Assembly: GCA_028534125.1 (NCBI GenBank)
Contig: CM052817.1
Location: 65,350,001 to 65,414,000, forward strand
From: Lama glama
Lineage: Eukaryota
Direction of reading: 5' to 3'
DNA length: 64,000 bases
The notes beneath the pieces were generated by a model that saw only the letters and a program-made list of their open reading frames with translations, searched no databases and had not been told where the DNA came from. This document shows positions 1-13,041 of this stretch, piece by piece (the stretch's first letter is position 1; each line of letters opens with the position of its first letter). Both the position numbers and the translations under genes were made by a program.

Positions 1-340
1 ATAATAGTTATATCCACAAATAGAATACTACTCAGCAACAAAAAGGAACACATACTGATAGAAGCAAAAGCATGGAATGGATCTCAAAATCCTTAGGCTG
101 TGAAAAGGAAACGAGATACAAAAGAGTACATATTACATGATCCATTTTTATGAAACTCTTGAGGCAAAAGTAATCTATAATGACAAAAAACAGATCAGTG
201 TTTCCCTGGGGACAGGGGAAAGGTAAAGTGGGGAATTGATGGCAAATGGGTACATGGGACTTTGGGGGCAGAGGGTGATCGTAGTGGTTACACGGGTCAA
301 TATAGTTGTTAAAATACACATAATTGTACACTTAAATTTC
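1..340 (+). mobile_element. Ancient L1 (L1MB/MC-like) ORF2-end/3'UTR fragment
   Basis: Motifs 'aatagaatactactcagcaacaaaaaggaac', 'atggatctcaaaat', 'agagtacatattacatgatccattt' and 'cagatcagtgtttccctgggg' resemble old L1M 3' ends. Confidence 0.75.
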
Positions 341-1169
341 ACCATGATTTCACAGCCATGTAGGGTAGAACATGTATAACTTTCAAAACCAAAGAGCCTA
401 TTAGCCTCAGACTAGACGGATGCAGCCCCTGGAATTTTATTTTTTGCTTCTTTTGTTTCTCACTATCATGGAAAGAAGATGCTAAAAGTTTGGAAAGGAG
501 TCTCTTTCAGATGGATTTTGTGGCATGTCCAACACTCAAAGAAGGGGTCGACACTGCATGCCTGCCACTCCCATCTATCCAGGAACTGCAGTCTTTGGAG
601 GGAAGAGAAGGAGGCCGTTGGGAAACTCACCATTTAGTAGGCTCCCGGGGTGGAAGCCACGGTCCAGCAACTCTGAAATGCTGGCCGAGTTCTTACTGCT
701 CAAACTGCCAGTTGCAACCATGGTCAACGGCTCTGTTTGCCTCGCGGGGCGGAACGGCCTTCCCGGGGTGCTAGAAAAAGGAGGCAAAAAGTACAGATTT
801 GCAAAAGTAGGCAAGACGTGCAGAGGCTCCTAAAATGCCCTGCGTCCCCGGAGCAAACTACCCGATTCATTTTCCAGAAGGGAGGAACCGGTCTCTGCAA
901 CTCAGGTTTACAAAAGCCCGGCAGTGGAGACGCCACTACAGCCACATCCTGAAACTAATTCAGAGTTTGCAAAACTTGAAGCCAACTTGCCGGGCTGAGC
1001 TCACCCGTGCACTCGGAGCAGTCCTCCCGCCCCTGCTCCCCCTACCCAGGCCGCCGCCGGCCTCACCTGCTGGGAGTTCGCCGGGGCCGACGTGCTCGCT
1101 GGCGAAGCTGCGGGTAAACCGAGGCAGGCAACCGTCTTCCGCAGCCCCCTCCCTTGGGGGCTCAGTTAC

Positions 1170-1242
1170 CTGCAAACCCAAGCAGCGGTCGGCACCCTGC
1201 TCGCCCCCAGCCCACCCCCACACCGACTCCACCAAGCAGCAT
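1170..1242 (-). other. Putative first (probably non-coding) exon of an unidentified gene transcribed leftward
   Basis: Starts ~27-30 nt downstream of the TATA box; ends at a 5' splice site TTTGCAG|GTAACT (intron begins at 1169). Confidence 0.55.
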
Positions 1243-1262
1243 CGCCGCTGGGGCAGCCAGCA

Positions 1263-1269
1263 CTTTATA
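1263..1269 (-). promoter_or_regulatory. TATA box (TATAAAG) of a minus-strand gene
   Basis: Minus strand reads GGGCC-TATAAAG-TGCTGG, GC-flanked, with GC boxes about 60-70 bp upstream. Confidence 0.65.
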
Positions 1270-4204
1270 GGCCCAGCCTCCTCACCCTGCCCCGGCCCGC
1301 CCACCTGCACCGCCCCTCGTCGGCCCCCCGCCCCGCCCCTCCAGGGGTCGGGTTGCATTTCAACCCCGGCACTTCCAGCGGCGCTAGGAGAGCCGCTGGG
1401 AGTTGAGGATGAGTTTGCGGTAGGGTTCACACCTGCTGTTTCCTGGGTGGGCCACGGGTCACCCCGAGTGCAATTCCGGTTGCACGGCTCGCCAAAAACT
1501 GACCGCTCCCCTCCGCCGCCACCATCGTGGATTCTTTGGCGCGACCCCTCCCCCAGCGTGCGAACACAGACAAACTACTGATGCCCGCGTTGAGGTTTGG
1601 TCCTGGGCAGCGGGAAGCTTTTAGCCCTTTGTCTGTAACCAAGACCGCAGGCTTTGCTCTGTCATACTGAACAATTTGGCTGTATCTATTTCGATGTTCA
1701 TTGAGCATCACTTTTGCACTTAGTCCTGACCTCTAACCGAGTCAACTCTGCTCCGCGTCCAGTCCCGGGATTTCTATGTCCTCCCCTCCCGCATGCGGTC
1801 ATCTCTAGCTTGCCTTTCCCACATCCGAGGCGCTGCAGCATTTTAGGAAGGGTCTTCTCTGCACCCCCGCCACCCTTAGTATTGTTTCATCTGTGACTAA
1901 TGCGTTTTCTCGGAGAGAAGGGTGAGCCTCTAATTAGACCTGGCTCCAGAGCGCCGGCAGCTTGAATGAAGGGGAGCCTGCCAAGAAACTAAACAAAACC
2001 ATTAGTGGGATTTTAGCTGCTTCCACCAGCCCGGTCGCTGGGAGTAATTGTCATTCCCAGAGGCAGACGTTCCTGGCGAGCCCTGTTAGGGGGAGGAACT
2101 TGGAGTTGGGCGGTCTTGAAGGGGCTTGGGGCAATGAAGATACAATGTTTTATGTCCTTCTAGGGATAATCCCTGTGAAACTTGATGCTCAGTCCTGAAC
2201 CAGGGACGGAGGAGCGTGCAGGGTCAACGTGCTCACCCAACCCATCAGCAAGAAGCCAAACATGTTTTCTCCCACGGTACCTAAGCCACCCTGTTCCCAC
2301 TTTGGTGTGCCAGGAGAGTAGATACGGTCAGAGTGAACGTTCCCAAAGACTAAAGAAGGTCATGGGTCAGGAGAGGAAAAGGAGGGGATGGCTGGAGGGA
2401 GAAGATTGTTTCTACAAGTAGGAGGTTCTACTGTTGGCCCCCAATCCTTAAGGATTATGTGTACAAGGATCTGTAGGTTAGGGCCTTGAGAAGCCGTTTC
2501 AGCTGTCCAGGCTAAAAACTCTTAGCAAGAAAAACAACAACAGAAGGGGTAAGGAAGGTGTGATAAACAGATCAGTGGGAGGACACTGGGAGGCAGAGCA
2601 GCAGAAATTAAAACCAGCTTGACAGTCCATTTTTAACTCAACTCAGGCAGCTGCACTGCCTGAAGGTCAGGGGAGCCAAGGAAGGAGATGCTGATAGGCT
2701 CCTCTCTGAAAGCAGATTTCCACTTCTACTTTAACGATAGAAAAGTGGGAAATAAACAAGCCCGTTTAAGCCAATTAAAAAGCAGTTTCGGTGACCAGTG
2801 TGTTCAGGACCACTGGATGGTCAAGGCGGGGATGGCAGCTGCCTGGCAGCGTAGGCAGCAGGCCACAGAGCCTCCTCTCCTTATCTGGGTGGCAGTGCAT
2901 GTGATGCTGCCTCTTACTTGCTTCTAGGAAGATGTATTAGGATTTATATAATGAATAGTCTGAACCTACCACCAGTGAAGTAAAGACCTTACGCATTTCA
3001 ATTGCCTTAGTATATTTAGGCATAACTCATAAATTAAGTACTCCCAAAGGGCCACAAAGAGTATTGAACCTTCTAGAAAGTAGCAGTTACTGTCAGCTCA
3101 CCTGAGTTTAACTGAAATTTTGCAAAACCTTTCAGGATTTTACTGCAGAAAATAATTCACCCATGTGCAAAAGACTGACTGTCATTCTTTGTGGCTGAAT
3201 GGGTCTTGCTCTCAGGAATTATAAGGTTTAAGGAGTGACTGATACAGAACACATACCTGGGATAATTAGTGAAGATGGTCCTTTTTTATCTACTTAAAGG
3301 GCAAAAAATTCTATCACCAGCTTACCTCTTTGCAAGGTTAAATAAATACAGCTGAGTTTTAAAAGGGAACCCTAGAACAGAATTAGGAAAAACTAAGTGC
3401 CTGGTCTTGTCAAACGATGACACACTTAGTCTATTAGATTTTTTAATGCTGTGGATACAGTTAATTGTAACTAAAAGTTTATACATTGGAGTACCTCAGG
3501 TGTTTATCAGGTGCAGTGATGAAGTACGTTACATTGCTCTTTTGTTATATCCTCTAATTAATACTGTAAAGATAGTCTGTGAGGGTGCTTACTGGAAATA
3601 ATAGTTGTATATATGAAGAGAAAATTGAATTGAATACTTTGCCTTTCATACAGCAATGTATAATAACAAACTATGGAAAACATAAGCAAGGACTCTAACT
3701 TAAGCATGCTTGCTATTTTATTACAATGATTTACTCATCCACCCTCCTGCAAAAAAAACAAGCAGCAGTAACAAATGGCAACAGTATGTTCATCTGAAGT
3801 ATATGTAAATATTTAAATTCCATGCTCTGCCATGTATAAATATAGTATTTATAATTTCATTGCTTACATAAAGTGTAAATTCAGAATAACAGGGATATTG
3901 TAAAAAGCAAAAGATAATATGTTTTAATGTATTATTTTAGGAAATGCTGGTGTCTTGTGCATTTGTGATTTGGAGTGTTGAATATTTATTACATGTTCTG
4001 CCAGTCAGTTTTCTCTCTATATCCAGTACAAGCCATTGTTCCTGAGTTCTTATTAATACATTTACATTCAGTGCATTGCTTATTTCATTTCGTAAACTAT
4101 GACACCAGAGGAAAAATGACTGGGTTTCCTAATCCATACAGTGGATTAGGGGAGGATTTATAGGACATGGAAGTCGATCTGTACGATATACTAGGTCCCT
4201 TAGC

Positions 4205-4420
4205 AAGCTCATAGGGTTGTTGTGAGGATTAAAAGAGAAATTCTTATAATCAGTGCTAAATATTATCTCTTCTTTATAAACAAATCTGAGATCTTTAAGT
4301 GTACACTCTCTGGCTTTCCTTGGTTGTGCTAAATTTGTCAATCTAATACTCACATGAAGTCTTAGAACAGGACCTGGTACACAGCAAGTACTTAATGAGT
4401 GATAGTTATTATTGTGACTA
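4205..4420 (+). mobile_element. MIR fragment (interrupted)
   Basis: MIR core 'agggttgttgtgaggattaaa' and 3' part 'cttagaacaggacctggtacacagcaagtacttaatg'. Confidence 0.6.
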
Positions 4421-5714
4421 TTATTGTTGTTCTGAAATTACAATTTTCTGGTTCAGTGCAGTAAATGCTAGAGGGGCTAGATGGGGTTAGTGAAGTATTG
4501 CTAAAGCAGAACAAAATTTATTATCTTTCCTGTTTGCAGGAAATCTGGAAAATGTTTGCCCCTGGAAGGCTTTAGGAAAGACTTTTTTTATTATAATACA
4601 TACATAACTGTGTGGGGAGCAGGAAGGAGATCTCCCAATGACACGTAAGAAAATAATGTGGGTAAAAAGTTATCTTGATTAAATTTTTATTAATCTAGAA
4701 AATGGTTTTCTGGAAAAAAAAAAGAAATTTCCAGACATTTAGAATCATTGACTGCAGAACCACTCAATTGTGTCAAGATATATATGACCCTCTGTTAACA
4801 TTTTGGATGAGATATTTCATCATTATTTTTATTTGTCTTTGAGAATCTTCCACCCAATAAAATTTCCATTTAATCATTAAATATGTAATATGAGTTATTC
4901 TATGGAAGGCTAAAGGATTTTTCCATTAAGTAAAGTAACATAGAGACATTTTGTATAAGACAAAAAAAGGCCCAGTATAAAATAATATGTAATACCTACT
5001 GCTGCTAAAAGCTGAAAGAATTCTCCAGTAGCAGAAGGCATTGCCTCTCTAAATTCAAGCAGAGAAATGGTTACCATAGTGACTTATCTCTTAAAATAGT
5101 GGTATGATTTTTTTTCTCTTTATAAACAATGCTGTGTATTATCTCCTTTTAAACAAAAAAAGCTGAAATGTTTAAATGCACAGTCTCTGCTTTTCCTTAA
5201 TTATGCAAAGGTTTATTCAGGTGGCAGCATAAGGGAATGTCAGCCAAGAACATGGAGTAGGTCCTTGACATTTTTCTAGGGATACATCTTAACACCTTGC
5301 AAGCCTCAAATTTGAGAATACTGTAATAACATACCACTTCTCTGGAATTCTCACATGCATGAAGACAAGAGGAAAATAAAGTTTTACATTCATGTAGATG
5401 CCGGTCCTTCATTGTTCCGCTCTGTGTGCCAGCCTTGCATCCTATTCTGTGCACAGCTTTTGTCATTCATATTTGTGTCCCAGAAAGATTACATATTGCT
5501 TCATAACATAAACCTGTGAGGTTGAAAGAGAAGAGAATTAAATCCAAGAATGCCCAAATGTGGACTAGATGGAAGATTCTGCAGAGTTGTCTTTAGAATG
5601 AGTCTGATCTCCATTCTGCAGATATGAAGCATATGAAGGTTGAAAAGCTTGACAAAGTCACAGAAAGATTGCGGTTTTTTTTTGTCTTTATGATGGAGTT
5701 GTTAAAAGTATGGA

Positions 5715-5915
5715 CTGTGGCGCTCAACGGCCCAGGTGCATATCCCAGCGATGACACTAGCTGTATAAACTTCGATGAAATCCTTAACATTTCTGTGACT
5801 CCATTTCTGTCTTTAAAATGGGAATTGTAATAACTTTACCTACTAAAGGTCTTTTATGGGGATTAGATGAGTTAATATATGATGTGCTCAATAAATATCA
5901 GCCATGATTGTAATT
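5715..5915 (+). mobile_element. MIR
   Basis: 'ccttaacatttctgtgactccatttctgtctttaaaatggga...ggattagatgagttaat...gtgctcaataaat'. Confidence 0.65.
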
Positions 5916-6256
5916 ATGAATTGTGCTCTGATTTTGAAAAATCCCAATGCCCTGATGATATTTTTATGAAAAGGTAGCTAGGGGAGTGTTACATGTGTTC
6001 AAGGTGTATATAAAAGTGTATCTTTGGTACACATTCATTTATTAGTTGGATGACATTGAAGTGTTTATTGAGTATTAATTGTTAGGTACCAAGAATGAAG
6101 CAGAGTCCTTGAACCCAGGGAGACTGTAGTTTAGAAAGAAGTGTAGACAAATGAACACAAGATTACAGTCAGTGTGCTAAGTTAGGGGAGGTACAGGGTG
6201 CTACGGCAGCACAATGATATAAGCAGTAGTATATTCTGAAGGAGGATTTATAACCT

Positions 6257-6400
6257 TGCTACTCACAGTGTTTCTTGGACCTGTAGCATGAACATCACTT
6301 AGGAGTTGGTAAGAACTGCAGAACTTTGATCCTCAATCCAAATGAAACAGAATCTGCTTTTTAAAAAGATCCCTAGGTGATTCATATTGAATTAAATTCA
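6257..6400. mobile_element. MER5-like hAT-Charlie MITE
   Basis: 'tgctactcacagtgt...agcatgaacatcacttaggagttgg...cagaatctgcttttt aaaaagatccctaggtgattcatat'. Confidence 0.65.
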
Positions 6401-6442
6401 ATTTTTGGATTAACTTTGCATTTTATTTTTTAGGAATAACCA

Positions 6443-6783
6443 TTTTGTTTTTATTTTTATTGAAATGTAGTTGATTTACAATGTTAGTTTCAGGTGTACA
6501 GCAGAGCAATTCAATTATGCATATACATGCATACATACATATTTTTTCAGTTTTTTATCCATTACGGCTCATTACAAGAAGTTGAATGTAGTTCTCTGTG
6601 CTATACAGCAGGTCCTTGTTGTTTATTATTTTATATATAGTAATGTGTATCTGTTAATCTCAAATTCCTAACCTATCCCTCCCATCCATTCCCCTCTGGT
6701 ATCCACAGTTTGTTTTTTATGTCTTGAGTCTATTTCTGGTTTGTAAATAAAATTTGTACATTTTTTATAGATTCCTCATATAG
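6443..6783 (-). mobile_element. L1 3'UTR fragment (artiodactyl-type)
   Basis: T-rich tail, then 'attgaaatgtagttgatttacaatgttagtttcaggtgtacagca'; reverse complement resembles the L1 3' end at ~58550-58905. Confidence 0.85.
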
Positions 6784-9029
6784 GTAAGTTTGTATTCAAT
6801 TAAAGAAAACAATAAAACCATCTAAGCATTTTAAAATATTTTCTGGGACAATTAATAAAAAATATGCATTGAGTTCCTAAATATGCAAGGCTTGGCCTTG
6901 ATGAAAGGTGGATTCCCAGCTGGGCAAGCGTTTGTAGATTCTGTATAGTTCCAGTTGGACATGATGGGCCTTTAGCCTGACTCTTAAAGCCATGAACAAC
7001 TATGAGAAAACAGTCCAGGTTTCTGAGAAGACTATATTATAGAAAAATAAAATCCTGCTTAGTAAACTTGAGACATGATCAAACTATAAATTGTTTTTAT
7101 TTGCTGAAATGGAAGCCAATTATATAACATAAGCAATGGGCTTACATTGTAAATTGTATTTAAGATGAATTGGTCTGTGAAATGTTGTATTTGGAAACAA
7201 CAAATTTGGAAGGAAGGAAGTAATATAGAAAGATGTATGTCTTATTACTTCCAAATTGACTGGAGAGGTAAATACAGTTATGCAAGTATTCATCTCTTCT
7301 GCTATAATCATATCATAAAATACACTCTAAAACATTGACTTAGCTTTTTGAAATATTGTGCTAGTGACTGAGAACTATTTTTATAGGTGATATATAGTAA
7401 TGGAGGCTCTAAATCATAAACTGCTGAAGCAGCCTTTCAGGAGGTGTCAATATAGCTGTAAGCACTCGGAAGGACATTCTGTTGTGTGACATTACTGATG
7501 CAGCATATCTAAGGTGAGCAATAAATGATACTTGGCAAATTATTTATAGCAGTGCATAATTACCTTGGCAGTGGGTTTAGATGTCCATGTGCTAAAGACA
7601 AAGTAGTGCTCACCTCTGTATGTGGAGCAGAGCAGCACACCTTAATGATCTGACTGAGGGCTGTGACTCAGTCAGACTAGGCTTCAAATTCTGGCTCTGC
7701 CACAAGTAGGCATTATGAAATTAACTTCAGTCCTTTGAATCTCAGCTTCATCAACTACGCTCTGGAAGATTCAATGAAATGATGTTTGTTAAGGTTCTGG
7801 GAATGTGACTTGTACATGTGAAGAGCTTGGTCAAAAATGGCCATTCTCAATGCACGTGGTTTATATGAGTTTGTTCATGTAAATGCACATTCTGTTGTAG
7901 TAAGTAATTTGTCAAGTGCTGTGTTGGGTTTTTCAGGACAGTAGTAGATTTTACTTTGCACATAATGGAGAATAAAGGGTGCAGTAGCTGGAGAATCAGG
8001 AGACCTGGTCCCACATATAGCTTTAATATTGACTTGATCTCTGATTTTGGTACAGGGTGAGTCAGCAGAATTACAAGTATTGAGAAACTAAAAAGAGATT
8101 CCTTCAGGCTGGAGAAGGAGAGAGTTATCTTTGGATTTCAGAGCAGTAGAGACTAAGGCTGAGGTAACAAGATGCTAGAGAGGAAGTGGTTAGAGTTCCC
8201 ATACTTGGAAAAGATTCCTGCTGTGCTCTGAGGACCACACAGAGCAGCAGGAAACAGCCGGATCTGATGGGATGCTGAGGGCACAGGTGATGGACATCTT
8301 GGCTTTAACCTGTGGGTGAACAATGACTAGAGGGAAACTGTCTTTATCCCCACCCCACTCCTGGAGCCTCAGCCTTGCACAGGATTTAAGTACTGCCCTT
8401 GACATGAGCATTGGGTCTATGGAGTGGGAGGGTGAGTATAGTGAGGGAAAGAATGACTGGCATTAAATATACTCATTTCTTGGTGGAATAAAAGATAAAT
8501 ATCAGATACTAAACAGCCAACAAAAGAAGCAGTCATGTTGCTTTTTGCACAACCAGTATGTGCACTAAGGTTGATATTATATCTGTTATCGATGTAGCTA
8601 TACTTGTACTCGTTAAAATATATTAATTTTTTAATTCAATTTACACATCTTAAAGCAGCTTTCTTGGAATCTCTTCTTTTAGCATTTATATCCAATGTAA
8701 GAGTTCCATTTCTAGTGTACAGTGACTATGAAAACTCCATAAATCAGGAATATTTTTGTATTTTCTAAATCAGGGAGCTATTTATAAATACACATTATAT
8801 AACCCTTGTAGGAAATTATGTAGGTGGAATCTAACAAGTTTAATTATAAAAATTAGTTTAAAAATAATGATTCTTACACTTTTATCTTCTTTTAAGTAGC
8901 CCAGGGGGCATAAGACTAAAGCAAATCCAGAAAACTCAAAGTGAAATTAAATAATAAAGTTAGTAGAGTAGGAATGACTTTGAATTTACAAACAAATAGT
9001 CAATTAAAAATTATAACACGAAAAATCAA

Positions 9030-9610
9030 ATTCCTGTTGCTGATTCTCATTCATACTAATCTCTATGTCTGCCTGGAGGTAACCACTTTAATTTGTTTTT
9101 CTGTATTCTTCTAGGATTTCTTTACGGAAATATAAGCACATACTAACATCCCAATTTTCACTCCTTTTTCACTCTAATGGATAATATTATATTTATATTC
9201 TCCATATTGCCTTTTTGCACTGACAGTATGGCTTAGAGATTTTTCCATATGAATTCATCGTTACTCTCTCTAGCCTATAATGGTAGCTTTCTGCTTTATA
9301 GATCTTCATTTCACCTATACATTACACAGGGACATTTTGATTATAAATTTTTGCAGTTACATGTAATGCTGTAATGAACAATCTTATTCATAATTCACTT
9401 TGAAGGTGGGCAAGTTTCACTATAAGATAAATTCTCAGAGGAGAGACTGCTGAAGTCAAGGGCAAATGTGCAAAATATAGTATTGAATGATTTTGATCAA
9501 TTATCCTTCATAGAAGTCGTACAGTATTGGGTACCCGCCAATAACATAGGAGAATTCCTGTTTCCTCATAATCTCTCCAACATTTATTCACTCATTTCAT
9601 AACTATTTTA
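9030..9610 (-). mobile_element. Very old L1 (L1ME-like) fragment
   Basis: Degenerate L1 ORF2-end/3'UTR motifs 'ggaggtaaccact', 'aatgctgtaatgaacaatctt', 'gagaattcctgtttcctca'. Confidence 0.55.
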
Positions 9611-9990
9611 AGCATTAGGATGTCTTTTTTTATAGTTTTAGCATGCTCTGGAAATCTATTGGCTAAGAGTTCCAGGTAGGAAAGATACTGTCTAAATTTT
9701 GAAAAGGGAGAAACTACAAATGGAAAGTATTAATCATAATTCTCAAGAAAAACTAGAAGTATATCATATTTTTCCTGATTCCCAGTTTTGGGGAAAGCAT
9801 TGAGGCTATATCTACAGTGATTGTTATAACTTCATTGATTGGTCAGTTCAGGCAACGAAAGTATTATTATTGTTTTTTCTATGACTCTATTTGTTTTAAG
9901 TTGTCAATCAGACTTTTTTTGAATGTTATGTTCAGCAAATAGTTCTGCTGACTTCATTTTCTTTTCTTTTTAAAAATATATTAAAAAAAA

Positions 9991-10109
9991 TTTTTGGAGT
10001 TGGGGAGATAATTGGGTCTATTTATTTATTTATTTATCTATTTATTTATTTAATGGAGGTACTGGGGATGCAACAGAGTACCTGGTGTATGTTAAGTACC
10101 CTTCCCCCC
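9991..10109 (-). mobile_element. vic-1-like camelid tRNA-derived SINE
   Basis: Reverse complement: ggggaagggta...atccccagtacctccatt(aaat)n agacccaattatctcccc...aaaaa, matching the vic-1 layout as I recall it. Confidence 0.75.
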
Positions 10110-10444
10110 AATACACAGCTGTTTTTTTCTTGTTATGTGAGGACATTGCTGTGTTTATTGAAACCAAAGTTCGTTTGATGTCTGTTAAGGAGAGAATCTG
10201 CATCAGAGCAGAGAAAAAGCTTTTTTTTTTTTAACATAAAACTTATAAATCACCTGTAACTTTATTTCAGTGTTCAAATAATTGAATAACATTTCCCTCT
10301 TTTCACCACTGCAAAGTCATGACTATATTATAGCTCACAGGAGAATATTCAGTTAAATGCAGTGCAGTACATGTGTTTGTGGATGTTAATATTGAGTACA
10401 GAAGAGAGTGTGTGTTCAAGTGCAGCTTTGAGAAGCTTCTACGT

Positions 10445-10770
10445 CTGCTCTGTCTAATTTGATCGCCACTGCTCACGTTGCTATTGAGCACTTTAAAATG
10501 TGACTAGTCCAATGTGAGATATATAAAATACACACCAGATTTCAAAGATTTCATAGAATATAAAGAATGCAAAACATCTCGTTAATAATTATTATACTGA
10601 TTACATGTCAAAATGTTAAGATTTTTATATGTTGGGTTAAATAAAATACACTACTAAAATTAAGTTCACCTGCTTATTTTTAGAATTTTTTTAACATGGC
10701 TATTAGAAAATTTAAAAATGCTGTATGTGGTTTGCAGTCATGGCTCCCCTAAAGAAGTATAGGCCAACAC
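10445..10770. mobile_element. MER33 (hAT-Charlie)
   Basis: 'gctattgagcactttaaaatgtgactagtcc...aaaatacacaccagatttcaaagat...gttgggttaaataaaata...ttcacctg...ggctattagaaaatttaaaa'. Confidence 0.85.
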
Positions 10771-11897
10771 TATTTTAGATATTTTCACGTCGTCTTAGAA
10801 AAAGAAGCATAGTAACTTCTTTGTATGTAAGTGAGGGTTTGAAAATTCATAAAAGTGTACTCAGTAAATGGTTAACTGCTAATTTTGGGGTTAGGTTTAT
10901 TGAGGTCTACTTAAAATATATTAAAATCCACTCTCCTTAGTGTGGAGTTCTGTGAATTTTAAACAATTCTCACAGTCTTGTAGCGACCATTATCACCACA
11001 GTCAACATAAACATCACTTCCATCACCACAAAATATTACTTATATTACTTTGTGCATGTTTGTAATCAACCTCTTGCCTTAGCCCAGGCCTTAGGCAGAC
11101 ATGTTATACAAACGGGATCATATGGTCTGTAGACTTTTGGGCCTCATTCTTCCACTTAGCATAATTCATTTGAGATTCATCCAAGTCGCTGTATCAGCAG
11201 TTCTTTCCTTTTTATTTCTGAGTACTGTTCCATTGTGTAGATGTACCACACTTGGTCTATCCATTTGCCGGTTGGAGGATATTTGGGTTGTTTCCAGTTT
11301 TTGATGATTATGAATAAACCCAGTATATACATCTGCTTACGGATTTGTGTATAAACATACATTGTCATTTATCTTGGATAAATACCAAGAGAATGGAATT
11401 GCTGAGTCATATGGTGTTTGTTTAATCTTATAACAAGTTGCCAAAATGTTCCCCAAAGAGGTGGCTCCAACCTGCATTCCCCCTAGCAATGTATGAGTGT
11501 TTCAGGTGTGCCAGATCTTTGTCAGAACTTGACAGTGTCATCACCCTCCTCTTTCTTTGTTCTTGTTTTTGAATTTTAGTCCTTTAAATAGGAATGTAAT
11601 AGTATCTCATTTGGTTTTAATTTTTATTTCCTCTGTAACTTTTTTTTAACATCTTTTCATGCCATCTGTATACCTTCTATGGTGAAGTATATATTGAAAT
11701 CTTTTGCCCACATATTTTTATTCGATTATTTAAGGCTTCAGAGTTCTTTATTATTATTGAGAACTTGAGAGTTTTTATCATTGAGACTTGAGAGTTATTT
11801 ATCAATTCCAGTTACAAGTCCTTTATCAGATATATGTTTAGCAAATATTTTCTACTAGTCAGTGGTTCATGTTTTTAGCCTCTTAACAGTGTATTTT

Positions 11898-13041
11898 TTT
11901 TACTTTTATTTTAATATTTTATTTTTATTTTTTTAACATTTTTTATTGATTTATAATCATTTTACAATGTTGTGTCAAATTCCAGTGTTCAGCACAATTT
12001 TTCAGTCATTCATGGACATATACACACTCATTGTCACATTTTTTTCTCTGTGATTTATNNNNNNNNNNNNNNNNNNNNNNNNNNNNNNNNNNNNNNNNNN
12101 NNNNNNNNNNNNNNNNNNNNNNNNNNNNNNNNNNNNNNNNNNNNNNNNNNNNNNNNNNNNNNNNNNNNNNNNNNNNNNNNNNNNNNNNNNNNNNNNNNNN
12201 NNNNNNNNNNNNNNNNNNNNNNNNNNNNNNNNNNNNNNNNNNNNNNNNNNNNNNNNNNNNNNNNNNNNNNNNNNNNNNNNNNNNNNNNNNNNNNNNNNNN
12301 NNNNNNNNNNNNNNNNNNNNNNNNNNNNNNNNNNNNNNNNNNNNNNNNNNNNNNNNNNNNNNNNNNNNNNNNNNNNNNNNNNNNNNNNNNNNNNNNNNNN
12401 NNNNNNNNNNNNNNNNNNNNNNNNNNNNNNNNNNNNNNNNNNNNNNNNNNNNNNNNNNNNNNNNNNNNNNNNNNNNNNNNNNNNNNNNNNNNNNNNNNNN
12501 NNNNNNNNNNNNNNNNNNNNNNNNNNNNNNNNNNNNNNNNNNNNNNNNNNNNNNNNNNATAATGTTTTGCCTATGTTTTCCTCTAGGAGGTTTATTGTAT
12601 CTTGTCTTATGTTTAAGTCTTTAATCCATTTTGAGTTGATTTTTGTATATGGTGTAAGGGTGTGTTCTAGCTTCATTGTTTTACATGCTGCTGTCCAGTT
12701 TTCCCAACACTATTTGCTGAAGAGACTGTCTTTATTCCATTGTATATTCTTGCCTCCTTTGTCGAAGATTAGTTGACCAAAAGTTTGTGGGTTCATTTCT
12801 GGGCTCTCTATTCTGTTCCATTGGTCTATATGTCTGTTTTGGTACCAATACCATGCTGTCTTGATGACTGTAGCTCTATAGCTTTGTCTGAAGTCTGGGA
12901 GAGTTATTCCTCCAGCCTCTTTCTTTCTCTTCAGTAATGCTTTAGCAATTCTAGGTCTTTGATGGTTCCATATAAATTTTATTATGATTTGTTCTAGTTC
13001 TGTGAAATATGTCCTGGGTAATTGGATAGGGATTGCATTAA
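11898..13041 (-). mobile_element. Young 5'-truncated lineage-specific L1 with 15-bp TSD, spanning the assembly gap
   Basis: TSD TTAACAGTGTATTTT at 11883-11897 and 13042-13056; ORF2 peptide [36 protein letters not shown]; 3' tail matches 37410-37500. Confidence 0.9.
12059..12558. other. Assembly gap (500 N)
   Basis: Run of n characters. Confidence 0.99.

Larger units (their letters stand above)
640..2240. promoter_or_regulatory. CpG island / promoter
   Basis: GC-rich, CpG-dense segment against a CpG-depleted background; GC boxes CCCCGCCCC at 1326-1339. Confidence 0.85.

Noticed and set aside
1170..1242. ATG at 1242 (minus strand) opening MLLGGVGVGVGWGRAG...
   Set aside because: It sits at the predicted transcription start, leaving essentially no leader, and the peptide is not recognisable
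835..1581. 248-aa plus-strand ORF and the overlapping ORFs in the CpG island
   Set aside because: Pro/Ser/Ala/Gly-rich with no recognisable domain; long stop-free frames are expected in GC-rich DNA
10050..10109. tRNA gene
   Set aside because: Degenerate tRNA-derived SINE head that cannot form a full cloverleaf
11972..12676. ~200-aa ORFs of X residues
   Set aside because: Artefacts of the N gap
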